From: Nitrospirales bacterium
Lineage (GTDB): Bacteria > Nitrospirota > Nitrospiria > Nitrospirales > UBA8639
Direction: 5' to 3'
DNA: 64,000 nt
NCBI GenBank assembly: GCA_965223295.1
Contig: CBDCWC010000003.1
Location: 1,440,001 to 1,504,000 of the forward strand
In this document: in pieces, positions 35,812-46,335 of the stretch
Numbering within the stretch: the stretch's first letter is position 1
How the letters are laid out: every line of letters starts with the position of its first letter
Translations under genes and position numbers: made by a program
Notes under the pieces: generated by a model
Seen by the model: the letters and a program-made list of their open reading frames with translations, nothing else
Database searches by the model: none
Told to the model about the DNA's origin: nothing

Positions 35812-37016
35812 GACCATGTCTGATGCAATGTCATGTGGCAATTTCTCAAGACTCGAATGCGCAACAGGCAGCTCAAGTTGTTTCTCGATCGCTTCAAGAC
35901 GCATTTGGTGAAAAAGCCTGTGATCTTGCTTGTGTCTTTTTCTCTCCCCATTTTGCACATGATGGACAATCTTTACTAGCGATCATTCGTAAAAATCTTT
36001 GCCCCCAAATAGTAGTTGGTTGTATGGGCGCAGGTGTGATTGGCGGAGCACAAGAAATTGAGGAACATCCCGGGCTTGTATTGTGGGGCCTGAGGCACTC
36101 CCATATGCAGATCACACCATTTCATTTAATACCGACGAAAAATGGAGAGACGTTCACCTTCGAAGGCTGGCCAGGCATGCTGAAGGAGAAGGTCTCGCCT
36201 CAAACATTTCTTCTTTTTGTGGACCCATTTTCGACACCAATCGACGAATTATTTGCACTTCTAGAGCGGCACACTCTTGGTGCAACTGCCATTGGGGGAA
36301 TCGCAAGTGGAGGAATGAACGAGAGAAAATCTCAATTGATCTTACAAGATAAAATAGTCGAAACAGGAGTCGTGGGTGTGGCGATCCAGGGAAATGTAAA
36401 AATACGCACGGTCGTGTCGCAAGGGAGTCAACCGATTGGAGAACGGTATGTCGTCACAAAGGTAGACCAGAACGTCATTCAAGAGCTTGGAGGTCTTCCT
36501 CCTTTAGAGCGACTAGAAACAACCCTGAAAGCTTTGGGTGAAACCGAACGAGAACAAGCCGCAAATGGATTGCAAGTAGGGATTGCCATGGACGAGCATC
36601 GTGCAGAGTTTGGGCCAGGAGATTTTTTGATTCGTGACTTGTTGGGAGCTGACCGGCCATCAGGTCATCTTGCCATCGCCGATTTTGTTCAGGAAGGTCA
36701 AACGGTTCAGTTTCATATTCGCAACCCCCAAGCCGCAGGCGAAGATTTAGTCGAGTTGCTCACCTGGGAGCGACAACAATGTCCACAAGAGGAACCTAAA
36801 GGGGCGTTACTCTTTAGCTGTAATGGCCGTGGACAGCGATTTTTTCAAAAGCCGCATCATGATATTGCGGCCGTACAACAATCTATGGGCAGGATGCCCA
36901 TTGCTGGATTTTTTGCAGGTGGAGAAATTGGGCCGGTTGCTGGAAAGAATTATTTACATGGCTATACGGCGAGTCTTGCCCTGTTCTATGATGAGATATC
37001 TTTCCCGGTCGAATAG
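35808..37016 (+). CDS. FIST N/C domain protein
   Basis: VVSQG..PIG, LLFSCNGRG, GFFAGGEIGP...LHGYT. Confidence 0.9.
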   Translation: MRPCLMQCHVAISQDSNAQQAAQVVSRSLQDAFGEKACDLACVFFSPHFAHDGQSLLAIIRKNLCPQIVVGCMGAGVIGGAQEIEEHPGLVLWGLRHSHMQITPFHLIPTKNGETFTFEGWPGMLKEKVSPQTFLLFVDPFSTPIDELFALLERHTLGATAIGGIASGGMNERKSQLILQDKIVETGVVGVAIQGNVKIRTVVSQGSQPIGERYVVTKVDQNVIQELGGLPPLERLETTLKALGETEREQAANGLQVGIAMDEHRAEFGPGDFLIRDLLGADRPSGHLAIADFVQEGQTVQFHIRNPQAAGEDLVELLTWERQQCPQEEPKGALLFSCNGRGQRFFQKPHHDIAAVQQSMGRMPIAGFFAGGEIGPVAGKNYLHGYTASLALFYDEISFPVE

Positions 37017-37067
37017 ACTCATGATCACCAGTATTCATCACAAACTATTGCTATTGGGGATTTCACT

Positions 37068-37529
37068 ATGAAAATTAGGATTGCGAGGTCGTCACGAGCA
37101 TATTCATTTTCACCCGGTAAGGCTTGGGCATTGTTTGCAATGTGCGGGCTACTTCTGCTGCCTCTTGTAAGCCTAGCTGCTGAAGAGGGCATGGTCGAAA
37201 CTTCTTCGGGCTTGCAATATGTTGATCTTGTTGTAGGGGAAGGGCGGGTAGCTCATGCAGGGGAAACGGCAACGGTTCATTATACTGGCACATTAGTAGA
37301 GGGAACGAAGTTTGATAGTTCCAAGGACCGCGATCAGCCATTTTCATTTCGACTTGGAGCGGGCCAAGTGATTAAAGGTTGGGATGAAGGAGTTGAAGGC
37401 ATGAAAATCGGCGGGACTCGAAAATTGATCATTCCTCCACGGTTGGGATATGGAGCCCGTGGAGCAGGAAGGGTCATTCCTCCCAACGCCACGCTGATTT
37501 TTGAAGTGGAACTCCTTGATTTGCGTTAA
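37068..37529 (+). CDS. FKBP-type peptidyl-prolyl isomerase, exported
   Basis: [32 protein letters not shown]. Confidence 0.95.
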   Translation: MKIRIARSSRAYSFSPGKAWALFAMCGLLLLPLVSLAAEEGMVETSSGLQYVDLVVGEGRVAHAGETATVHYTGTLVEGTKFDSSKDRDQPFSFRLGAGQVIKGWDEGVEGMKIGGTRKLIIPPRLGYGARGAGRVIPPNATLIFEVELLDLR

Positions 37530-38626
37530 TGAAAGAAACCCCGCTTACACAGATGCATTGTGCGCAAGGAGCCAAATTAGTGGACTTTGCTGGCTGGCTT
37601 ATGCCTATGCAATACACAGGGGTTATCGATGAATACCAGGCTGTGCGTCATGGGGTTGGGTTGTTTGATGTCAGTCATATGGGGCGGATCAAGATCTCAG
37701 GACCTCAGGCCGTAGCTTTTTTACAATGGGTGACGACGAACGATGTTGAACGTCTGGCTGTTGGTCGGGCTCAGTACAGTATGGTGTGCCAAGAGTCTGG
37801 TGGAATCTTAGATGATATTTTCGTCTATAAAATTGCTGAAACCGAATTCCTTGTGTGTGTTAATGCCTCGAACCGAATCAAAATTCTAGAATGGTTTCAG
37901 AAACAACAACACGCAAAGTTCCTACAAGCAACTATTTGTGACCAATCAGAAAAACTCGCGCAAATAGCCATTCAAGGACCTGCATCAAAGCATCTGTTAA
38001 CAAACATATTAGGCTCAATCGTCGAGACATTGCAGCCTCGTCAGTGTCTTCCATTGGAAACGAATGGGTTCTCTGGGCTGTTAAGTCGAACGGGTTACAC
38101 GGGAGAGATAGGCTATGAATGGTATCTTCCTGCTGACCAAGCTGAATCGGCATGGGAACAGCTGCTCAAGGCTGGGAAACCCAACCAGGTCAAACCGGCA
38201 GGGCTTGGTGCGCGGGATCTGCTTCGGCTGGACGTGGGGTATTTGCTCTATGGCAACGATATCAATGAACAGACTACTCCGTTAGAGGCCGGAGCGGGAT
38301 GGGTAGTGTCATGGAAGAAAGGGCCATTTGAAGGTTCCCAGGCACTGCTAAAACAAAAAGAGCAGGGAATATCTCGAAGGCTTATTGGATTTGAAATGAC
38401 GGAACGTGGAGTTCCTCGACACGACATGGAAATTTTCAAAGATGGGATGGCCGTCGGAACCGTCACGAGCGGGAATTTTTCTCCTATCTTACAAAAGGGC
38501 ATTGGCTTAGGGGCGCTTCCCCCAAACCTCTCTAAGGAAGGGATTGTGCTCACCATTAACATTCGAGGAAAACAGGTAGAGGCTCACGTCGTAAAACTAC
38601 CATTCTACAAACGCCATAAATCGTAA
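37529..38626 (+). CDS. gcvT: Glycine cleavage system aminomethyltransferase T
   Basis: FAGWLMPMQY, FDVSHMG, RTGYTGE.GYE, GLGARDLLRL. Confidence 0.93.
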   Translation: MKETPLTQMHCAQGAKLVDFAGWLMPMQYTGVIDEYQAVRHGVGLFDVSHMGRIKISGPQAVAFLQWVTTNDVERLAVGRAQYSMVCQESGGILDDIFVYKIAETEFLVCVNASNRIKILEWFQKQQHAKFLQATICDQSEKLAQIAIQGPASKHLLTNILGSIVETLQPRQCLPLETNGFSGLLSRTGYTGEIGYEWYLPADQAESAWEQLLKAGKPNQVKPAGLGARDLLRLDVGYLLYGNDINEQTTPLEAGAGWVVSWKKGPFEGSQALLKQKEQGISRRLIGFEMTERGVPRHDMEIFKDGMAVGTVTSGNFSPILQKGIGLGALPPNLSKEGIVLTINIRGKQVEAHVVKLPFYKRHKS

Positions 38627-38647
38627 AGCCTGTCCTTCAAGTCGACG

Positions 38648-39184
38648 ATGCCCAGCTCTGAAAAAAATCTCTTGTCCTCTCAGCAAGTCTACGCAGGAAA
38701 ATTTTTACGACTGAATGTCGATACGGTTGCTCTGCCAAATGGCCGTACGACGGCGTTAGAAATACTTCGGCATCCTGGGGCCTCGGCGGTTGTGCCACTC
38801 AAGGAGGATGGCACTGTGATCTTGATTCGTCAGTTACGTTATGCGGCGGGTGGATTTATCTACGAAATCCCTGCTGGCAAATTAGATCCGAAGGAGGATC
38901 CCCGAGACTGTGCTGCACGGGAATTAGAGGAAGAGATTGGGTTTCGGGCAGGCAAGCTAGAGTTACTGACTAGCATCTGGACGGCGCCAGGATTTACAGA
39001 CGAAGTGATCCATATCTATCAAGGAACAAATTTAGAGAACGGTCAGCAAAGCTTAGATCAGGATGAAGTTTTGGAAATCGTTGAGTGGCCCCTAGAAGAA
39101 GCCATCGCCAAAATTCAGGATAAAACGATTCGAGATGCCAAAACCATCATCGGCCTACAAATGGTCTATGCACGAGCCAAATAA
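38648..39184 (+). CDS. Nudix hydrolase, ADP-ribose pyrophosphatase-like
   Basis: Nudix box PAGKLDPKEDPRDCAARELEEEIG; DAKTIIGL. Confidence 0.9.
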   Translation: MPSSEKNLLSSQQVYAGKFLRLNVDTVALPNGRTTALEILRHPGASAVVPLKEDGTVILIRQLRYAAGGFIYEIPAGKLDPKEDPRDCAARELEEEIGFRAGKLELLTSIWTAPGFTDEVIHIYQGTNLENGQQSLDQDEVLEIVEWPLEEAIAKIQDKTIRDAKTIIGLQMVYARAK

Positions 39185-39230
39185 ATTCATACTGCTAGAA
39201 CTTCAGATTTCTAGAAATAGCTTTTGAATC

Positions 39231-39282
39231 CCCTCGCTCTTTCAGGGCTTGGCCTCGAAAGAGGACAAGGCTAGGGTGAGGG
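39231..39282. repeat. REP-like hairpin between convergent genes
   Basis: CCCTCGCTCT...AGGGTGAGGG outer arms enclosing CTTG-G-CCTC-GAAA-GAGG-A-CAAG. Confidence 0.5.
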
Positions 39283-39323
39283 TAAAGGCTCAGTAGTAAG
39301 AGGTAGGACAGTATAGCAGTCAC

Positions 39324-40187
39324 TTACGCAACCTCTCCTAAAAGTGCAGTCTCTTCGCCGTCAAGTACAGATGGCAATGGCTGAGAAAGTTCATCTTCAT
39401 ACGTTGTGGTGAGTTCGACATGTCCCAAATGAGGGGTACCCTGTTGGTGGCGACTTTCAGAACGAAAGTCGGAATGAAGACTTAATTGTTTCAGAAGGTA
39501 CACGGCTAACTCGATTCTGGAAATAGCTTGTGTGGCGGTAATATGTCGAACACCCGTTTCCTTGCTGTTGACTAATGCCATCACTCTCTTAGCTAAATCC
39601 TTCGCCCATACCGTGGAACGATATTCGTCCTGAACAATCGTAATAGGAAGTTGGTGTTGCGTCCGGTATCGGAGCCAGTCTAAATGTCCAGTACGTCCAT
39701 TTGGTGATGGCCCAATCGCCAATCCTGTCCGTATGACCAAAGATTGCGGTCTCTGCAAGACCAGTTTTTCTGCTTCCAAACGAGTTCTTCCATAGATACT
39801 GATTGGGCAAGGTGAGGAATATTCGTCGTACGTACCATCTCCGCCAAACACATGATCTGAGGAAATATACACCATACGTAGGGTGGGAGGTAGAACCTTT
39901 AGTGTGTGGTGAAGGTACTCCACGTTGACTTCATAGGCCCATTCCGGGTCTGCTTCACATTTTGGTACATCACATACGGCATGGGCATACACTAGGACTT
40001 TTGGTTGGTATTTTGTCATGATGGTTTTTACCCATCTTGAATCTTCCAAGTTGAGTGCCGCCCAGTTCTGTGCTGCGGGTGATCGATGTCCTGGCGAAGT
40101 GAACGGCAGAATTGTCTCGGGAAACAATCTGGCCAGATTAAACCCAAAAATAGACGTAGCCCCAAAGAGCAGTGTTGAAGGATTCAT
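39324..40187 (-). CDS. RmlD-like extended SDR / sugar-nucleotide-binding protein
   Basis: CEADPEWAYEVN, YISSDHVFGG, PISIYGRTR, LVIRT. Confidence 0.82.
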   Translation of the reverse strand: MNPSTLLFGATSIFGFNLARLFPETILPFTSPGHRSPAAQNWAALNLEDSRWVKTIMTKYQPKVLVYAHAVCDVPKCEADPEWAYEVNVEYLHHTLKVLPPTLRMVYISSDHVFGGDGTYDEYSSPCPISIYGRTRLEAEKLVLQRPQSLVIRTGLAIGPSPNGRTGHLDWLRYRTQHQLPITIVQDEYRSTVWAKDLAKRVMALVNSKETGVRHITATQAISRIELAVYLLKQLSLHSDFRSESRHQQGTPHLGHVELTTTYEDELSQPLPSVLDGEETALLGEVA

Positions 40188-40210
40188 GTTGGGTGATCGG
40201 TAAAATTTTT

Positions 40211-40861
40211 CTAATGTTCAGTCATGAACCAGCCCGCGATGGACAAGCGTTTATGATCTCCAGCTAGCGTATCGACTCGGCAGACACGGTGTTGCCGCGG
40301 GACAGCAAAGATTGCAAGTGATCCTGGTGTAGGTGAAATACAATGAGTCACCTGTAGAGATAGCTTATTAGAGGGATCGGTAGGGGGGCCATATATGATG
40401 AGCTCTCCGCCCCAGTCTGGGTGCCATTCTTCATGGAAATATGTGGCCAATGCTAAGCGTCGCGTGGGAGGGATTTTGCCCTCTGCATAGGCATAAGCCT
40501 CGTCTGTATCGTCATGGGTGCTCAGGCAATCGCCCACACCATAAGAGTAATAATTAAAATTGATATGCCGACCGATGATGTTGGGAAACGACTCAATATA
40601 TTCAGCTATGCATGGCAGACCCACTCTTTCGAGGAAACGACTTCCCTCAAGAGAAGCAATTTCGGCTTTTAACCAATTTCCGCAATTCTGAAATGCTTGG
40701 GCAACTGGAGGCATATCCGAAAGAGTTTTCCATGTGACTTGTTCCATCGCTTCGCGAAAGAATTTTCTTTCGCTGGCAGTCCAAAAATCTTCTAAGATTA
40801 AGACAGGGTCGTTAGCAAATGAGAATTCTTCAGGACGAAAGTTAGAAAAATTTATTTGCAT
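40211..40861 (-). CDS. 2-oxoglutarate/Fe(II) oxygenase, prolyl-hydroxylase-like
   Basis: HxD (LSTHDD), WHPDWGGEL, distal His (QHRV), RLSIAGWF. Confidence 0.9.
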   Translation of the reverse strand: MQINFSNFRPEEFSFANDPVLILEDFWTASERKFFREAMEQVTWKTLSDMPPVAQAFQNCGNWLKAEIASLEGSRFLERVGLPCIAEYIESFPNIIGRHINFNYYSYGVGDCLSTHDDTDEAYAYAEGKIPPTRRLALATYFHEEWHPDWGGELIIYGPPTDPSNKLSLQVTHCISPTPGSLAIFAVPRQHRVCRVDTLAGDHKRLSIAGWFMTEH

Positions 40862-40975
40862 GTTTTACTCGCACTATTCCGATAACAAAATCTCTAGTCT
40901 CTTTGTAGCAAGATCCTTCTGGCGGAGCAATAACAAACGCACAGAGGCAATGGTACAATCGATGTATCTTTTGGC

Positions 40976-41162
40976 GGGTCCGTGAAAAAAGCCGCCAGCA
41001 GCGTTCTCGCCCTTTTCCCGTACTCACGTCATACCAGTACGCTCCGCGCGCAAAAATGGCGGGGCTTGCTGGACGGAATTTTTTGACCATTCCCGTCGCA
41101 TTGAAGTCTCCATGGCACTGAAAGCGTTTTCGTAAATTGAAATTGAATTATTCAACAGTCCC
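40976..41162 (+). mobile_element. MITE family 1, copy 5
   Basis: Degenerate left end GGGTCCGTGAAAAAA, right end TTATTCAACAGTCCC. Core and tail align with copy 1. No matching target duplication. Confidence 0.82.
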
Positions 41163-41713
41163 TATAATAAAGACAAGTGATCGATAGATCGATCAATCAA
41201 TATGAAATGAGGATTGGGTTATTGGAAACGAGGGAAGTCTCATTCAGTCGTAGGTAGAAGGAAGCCACCTTATAATTGGATGATGATCAAGCTGGCGGCT
41301 AGGTGTTGTGGCTTTGTGGAGGGCGCTTTGAAAGGACCGAGGGTGGTGAAGAAGCACTTCTCGACTAAATATGGGTCTTTTTGATGAAGTGATTCTAACT
41401 AATTGCAAAATGTCTATGATGAGCTAGCTGAATCGCCTCTAAGCCGTGGCTCATGGTGAGACGAGTCCAGTAGGTACCTGTGATTCTGTTATAATATGAC
41501 GTAATAAATAGAACAAAACATCGAAGTCAGGTAGAGCATTTGAGGGGGTTTCCAGCCTTACCAAGATTAATAAAGATGTTCGAGAATTGTTGGCGAAGAT
41601 GCTGTGCTACATTTGACTGATGGGAGAGGGATGAAAAGTCAAAGCGTTCAGATTTCTCACTCCAATATATGTTTCTGGAAAGGAAATAGTCTTGAATTGG
41701 GAAAGGTATGTAA

Positions 41714-42103
41714 ATGCAGCAAACAATTTTAGTGGTTGATGATGAGGCCGATGTTACCTCATCTCTGCAAGAACGATTGAGAATAGAAGGGTGCAATGTC
41801 TGTACAGCTTCGGATGGCCGAAAGGGTTTGAATTTGTATCATACGCAACACATTGACTTAGTTATTACAGATGTCTTGATGCCGGAACTGGATGGTCTGG
41901 AAGTTTTACGCTCCCTGCGCCGTCTCAGTACGACACTTCCAATCATTGCCATGTCTGGTGGTGGTGATCGTGATTTAGATTTTCTCGTGGAGGCCGAGGA
42001 GTTCGGAGCTACCCGGACGATTGCCAAGCCATTTAGGCTTGGCGAGCTTGTTGTTATGGTTAATGATTTGCTTAATAATCCCTCAAGGCATGATTCTGCT
42101 TGA
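41714..42103 (+). CDS. Single-domain response regulator (CheY-like)
   Basis: ILVVDDE, ITDVLMPELDG, MSG, KPF. Confidence 0.93.
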   Translation: MQQTILVVDDEADVTSSLQERLRIEGCNVCTASDGRKGLNLYHTQHIDLVITDVLMPELDGLEVLRSLRRLSTTLPIIAMSGGGDRDLDFLVEAEEFGATRTIAKPFRLGELVVMVNDLLNNPSRHDSA

Positions 42104-42321
42104 AAGCCATTTCCCTCGATGCTTGCAGGCGTAATTTTCAACGTTTAACGATTTAATATTATGGACAAGTTTCAATAGAGAAAGGGTGTGGGTTTCTGTC
42201 TGTCTCGTCTATCAATTTTTGAGTGGAAAAATCCGAAAAGACTAGAAGAAAGACATTCGCTGGCCACTATCAATAGCAGGAACTGAGTCGCCAGTATTCA
42301 AATGAGAAATGTATAGACTAG

Positions 42322-42768
42322 ATGAGTGCCGACATTGCGAAAAAGGTAAAAACCGTGAGTGCCATCATGTCGTCTAAAGTCGTGACGATTGAAATGGATG
42401 ATTCTCTTGGTACGATTCAAGAGATATTTAAAAAAGTAAAATTTCATCATCTTATGGTCGTAGACGGTAGCAAGATTGTCGGTGTCATTTCCGATCGGGA
42501 TTTTTTTGAAGCGATCAGTCCCTATGTCGGGACCATGTCTGAAACCGACCGGGATCGAGCCACGTTAGCCAAGCGGGCTCATCAAATCATGTCTCATACT
42601 CCCATTACCGTTGAAAAATCGTGCTCAATTCAGAAAGCTGCGCGACTTATGCTAGAGAAACGAGTTTCCTGTCTCCCCATTGCCTCAAACAGTGGAGTGT
42701 TAGAAGGGGTCGTGACATGGAAGGATATGTTTAAGGTGTTTTTAGATAATCTTGTCCAAACGGATTGA
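42322..42768 (+). CDS. CBS-pair domain protein
   Basis: VGVISDRD, SCLPI...GVVTWKD. Confidence 0.9.
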   Translation: MSADIAKKVKTVSAIMSSKVVTIEMDDSLGTIQEIFKKVKFHHLMVVDGSKIVGVISDRDFFEAISPYVGTMSETDRDRATLAKRAHQIMSHTPITVEKSCSIQKAARLMLEKRVSCLPIASNSGVLEGVVTWKDMFKVFLDNLVQTD

Positions 42769-42856
42769 AAAAAACACCCAAAAATTATTCTGACTCCCTC
42801 TTTACGGTTGGTGCAGCTAGGGTACGAGTTTCGTGCTATGAAAGGCTCATGAACGC

Positions 42857-43783
42857 ATGACAGACAAAAGCTTTATTCTGGAGTTAGGAAAATTATTGAT
42901 CGCGGCGGCGTGGGCGGATGGCAAACTGTCCACAACTGAAATTAATGGGTTAAAAGAGCTTCTGTTTCAATTGCCAGATATCTCTGGAGATGAATGGATG
43001 GAGCTGGAATTATATATGGCGGCTCCTGTGGGAGAGGCAGAACGTCAACGTCTCTTAGATCGGGTATTAGGACGCATGGGATCTGCGGCAGACAAATCTC
43101 TTGCGTTGGAAACGATTGACAAACTGTTGCCTAGGGGAGCGACTGAAGATGTTCACCAAACAGAGGTGGTTCAACAGCTTCGAAACGATCTTGAACAAGG
43201 CAGTGGGGGATTTCTGGACCATCTTCGGCGACCGTTTCGTCGGATACTCAATTTTCGAGGGCAACAATATTCTGACGAACATGATCGTGAAAGTCGGCTG
43301 GAAGATTTTATTAAGAATACGATTTACTTTCAGGTCACGATGGAAATGCGTGATCGAGGCATCATCATTGATCTTCCCGATATGGACATTCGTAAGCTAT
43401 GTCTCGCCGCAGGGTTGATGGCACGAGTGGCGGGGATCGATCATGTTGTGTCTGCAGAAGAAACCAAAGTCATGGGTGAGGTGATCCGGCGTCATTGGAC
43501 TTTAACGGAAGAACAAGCACAAATTGTCGCGGAAATTAGTCATCACCGGATTTTTCGAGGGCTAGATGCCGTTCGACTTGTGAAACGCTTTAAAGATTTG
43601 ACGACGAGGACGGAGCGAAAGGAGTTTCTCCATTGTTTATTTGAAGTCGCAAATGCGGCCGATCAGACGTCATTTGAGGAAATAGAAGAAATTCGTAGTA
43701 TTGTGAGGGGTATGGATCTCAGCCATCAAGATTTTCTTGATGCCAAGCTGGCGATTCCCCGAGAAGATCGAAAAGGCCTCTAG
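42857..43783 (+). CDS. TerB-like (tandem) domain protein
   Basis: AAAWADGKLSTTE, RVAGIDHVVSAEE, VANAADQTSFEE. Confidence 0.8.
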   Translation: MTDKSFILELGKLLIAAAWADGKLSTTEINGLKELLFQLPDISGDEWMELELYMAAPVGEAERQRLLDRVLGRMGSAADKSLALETIDKLLPRGATEDVHQTEVVQQLRNDLEQGSGGFLDHLRRPFRRILNFRGQQYSDEHDRESRLEDFIKNTIYFQVTMEMRDRGIIIDLPDMDIRKLCLAAGLMARVAGIDHVVSAEETKVMGEVIRRHWTLTEEQAQIVAEISHHRIFRGLDAVRLVKRFKDLTTRTERKEFLHCLFEVANAADQTSFEEIEEIRSIVRGMDLSHQDFLDAKLAIPREDRKGL

Positions 43784-43926
43784 AACCTTTCGATCAGAGT
43801 AAAGAAACCGATAGATGTTCAAGCAATTCTGCAACTATTCTGTTTATTCATAGTGTCGGACAAAAAAACATTCCGTCTCTGTCGCAATAATGAAGAATGC
43901 GATGCAGACGTTGTAGGATGTGACAT

Positions 43927-44769
43927 TCACTGGGCTCTTAGGCTATGAGATATACTTGGAGCCCAACCAGACATGACACAGCGTTGTGCGATCAAAGGAG
44001 TAAAGCTTGCCGTATCTTCGGCGATGCTCTGCATAAATGATTTTGCTAATTCTTCATCGGTGAAGCATTCATAGACATCATCTAGAAAGCCGCCGCGTAG
44101 TAGCGGATGATAAAGAAATTCCTCTCCTGCCTCGGTTACAACTTCCAACTGGTATTCGGCCACTTGGATGCGATGTAGCCCACCCGATCGTAACCACTTA
44201 CGCGCTTCAGTTGCTGAAGGCCGTTCCTCTCTATATTCCTTAAATTTCTGCCGTTCTGCACTCAACTCTCTTGCTCGCATCTCTTGATCAATCCGCTGCC
44301 ATAAAGAATCAAATGTCCCAAGCGAGGGGAAGGTGAGGACAAGTTGACCTCCAGGCTTAAGAAAGTTGATCAATTGATGTAAGACAGTTTCTCGATCAGG
44401 TCGAAAAAACATGAAAGAGAGATTGCCGGTTATGCGATCGAATGCACCGAGATCTTCCGGTAAACGTTTAACGTCTTCTCTGCGAAACTTTAGCCAAGGA
44501 AAGAAAGGCCCTTGAACACCTCGAGCTCTCATCAGTTGTAACTCATTGATATCGATGGCCAGCACCTGGCCCGTTGAACCTGTTTGATGAGCAAGAAAGA
44601 AGGCTGGAATACCATCTCCACAATTCACATCAAGAATCGTTAATCCAGTTTGAAGATCAAGATGTCTCAGAAGGCTTTCGGCAAATGGTCGAGACCACGG
44701 ATCTTTTTTGGGTAGATCGCAAAGCCACGATGGCGGTGTTGGGTAAGAAAAGGGAGTGGGCATCATCAT
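43927..44769 (-). CDS. Class I SAM-dependent methyltransferase
   Basis: ILDVNCGDG, VLAIDI, LKPGGQL. Start approximate. Confidence 0.85.
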   Translation of the reverse strand: MMMPTPFSYPTPPSWLCDLPKKDPWSRPFAESLLRHLDLQTGLTILDVNCGDGIPAFFLAHQTGSTGQVLAIDINELQLMRARGVQGPFFPWLKFRREDVKRLPEDLGAFDRITGNLSFMFFRPDRETVLHQLINFLKPGGQLVLTFPSLGTFDSLWQRIDQEMRARELSAERQKFKEYREERPSATEARKWLRSGGLHRIQVAEYQLEVVTEAGEEFLYHPLLRGGFLDDVYECFTDEELAKSFMQSIAEDTASFTPLIAQRCVMSGWAPSISHSLRAQ

Positions 44770-45036
44770 TGTTTGTTGAGCTATCGACAACGTTCAACAT
44801 ATCGAATGCGGCGAACAATAGTGGAGAGCTATTTTTCAGAAAGGCTAGCCCGTGAGCATGAATTTACCAACCATTTGCCTGCTTCCCATTTTTTATGGGC
44901 AGTTCGTAGGCTTCCGCATTGGCTGGCAGAAACGCTTCCCGCTATGTGGATTGGATCTTCTGTTCATCAATCCATTGGGCACAATGTCGGTCAGAGGGGT
45001 AGAAGGCCAAGTTATCACTGTCGTCATCGCTCTTCT

Positions 45037-46335
45037 TTACTCAGGAATATAGGCGTAGTGGTCTTGACCTTCAACCGTTACCTGATGGAGCAGGGTATTG
45101 GTCTCGTCCAACCATTCAATCTGAACGGATGGATTCGGACCTTCTGGTTGAACCGTGATCTTACCATAATTCCGGGAAGCTTCATGAAAAAACTCAAACC
45201 GTGGTTCCCGACTACTTATTTGATAGTTCATGGGAGCTGCTAAGGGGCCAAAGATAAATTCCCGGGCACCAGAATTATGAGGCATTCGGCTGACTGAGGC
45301 ATGGTGTACATCGCCTGCAAGAAAAATAACACCAGGAATGTGTTTTTCTTCAATGAATCCTAAAATTTCATCACGCTCGTCTGGAAATTCTCCCCATTTA
45401 TCTTCCCGAGGATCGGAAAAAGGCACGGATGACACGATAAACTTAAAGGTCGCGGATGAAGAGCCTAATTGCTGAATCAGCCATTCTTTTTGCTCTCGAC
45501 CCAACATTGTTCCAGTTTTTCTATCTCGGTACTGGCGGCCATCTAACAAAAACAATTCTACGCCTTTTCCCCATCGGACAGAGCGATATAAGCGATGAGA
45601 ATTCAGTTCTGTTTGACGAACCGGCCAATAATCCAAAAAGGCCTGCCGCCCCACGGACAAATGTTGATGATCCATGGTGAAATTGCTGTCAACTTCATGA
45701 TCGTCCCACATCACAAAGAGGCTAGTAGTGGCAAATAGTTGCTTAGCAAACCCGTCTCGGTTTTCGGCATACTTTCGCCAATAATCCGGCAAGGTCCGAG
45801 CAGGCTGTCCTTTATCGGCATAGATCGTATCACCCATATACACAAAGAAATCAGGTTGCGCGGCACGCATAAAATCCATAATGGAAAATGGTCGAAAACT
45901 ATTGCGCGTATCTCCTCCAATGACAAACGTAACCGGGGCAGGACTATCTGAGTGAGGAGCGGTTTTAAATTGGCAAACTGGCCCTCGTTTTTTTCCGGGA
46001 ACCACCATACGATAGAGATACTGAGTCTGTGGAGTCAGATCTGTGAGAGGAATCCGAGCGGTAAAGTCTCTTTCAGCACTGGTGGAGACTAATAATGTTT
46101 CTTGAGAATTCTTCCATGCCTGATCAGTCCCATACAGAATTTTGACGTCTTGTGCCCCTTGAGTTTTCACCCAGACCAACGCTTCGTTCGACGTGACTTC
46201 TCCAACGGCACAGCCCATTTCCAAACCATTTGATTTAAAGACATTCATTTCTTCAATAGAAACACATCCTCCGAGTACAAGAATAAATCCTAGTCCACAT
46301 AAGCTCCGAATCCAGCTATCACATAAGTTCTTCAT
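45037..46335 (-). CDS. phoD: Alkaline phosphatase D family lipoprotein
   Basis: MGDTIYAD, WDDHEV, LDGRQYR, MLGREQKEW, LAGDVH; lipobox LGGC. Confidence 0.9.
   Translation of the reverse strand: MKNLCDSWIRSLCGLGFILVLGGCVSIEEMNVFKSNGLEMGCAVGEVTSNEALVWVKTQGAQDVKILYGTDQAWKNSQETLLVSTSAERDFTARIPLTDLTPQTQYLYRMVVPGKKRGPVCQFKTAPHSDSPAPVTFVIGGDTRNSFRPFSIMDFMRAAQPDFFVYMGDTIYADKGQPARTLPDYWRKYAENRDGFAKQLFATTSLFVMWDDHEVDSNFTMDHQHLSVGRQAFLDYWPVRQTELNSHRLYRSVRWGKGVELFLLDGRQYRDRKTGTMLGREQKEWLIQQLGSSSATFKFIVSSVPFSDPREDKWGEFPDERDEILGFIEEKHIPGVIFLAGDVHHASVSRMPHNSGAREFIFGPLAAPMNYQISSREPRFEFFHEASRNYGKITVQPEGPNPSVQIEWLDETNTLLHQVTVEGQDHYAYIPE

Noticed and set aside
41170-41700. ~500-bp non-coding stretch before the response regulator
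   Set aside because: No convincing ORF, repeat or RNA structure found by eye.
44800-45036. Possible gene remnant between the methyltransferase and phoD
   Set aside because: Short stop-interrupted frames with no family I can recognise; BLASTX would be needed.
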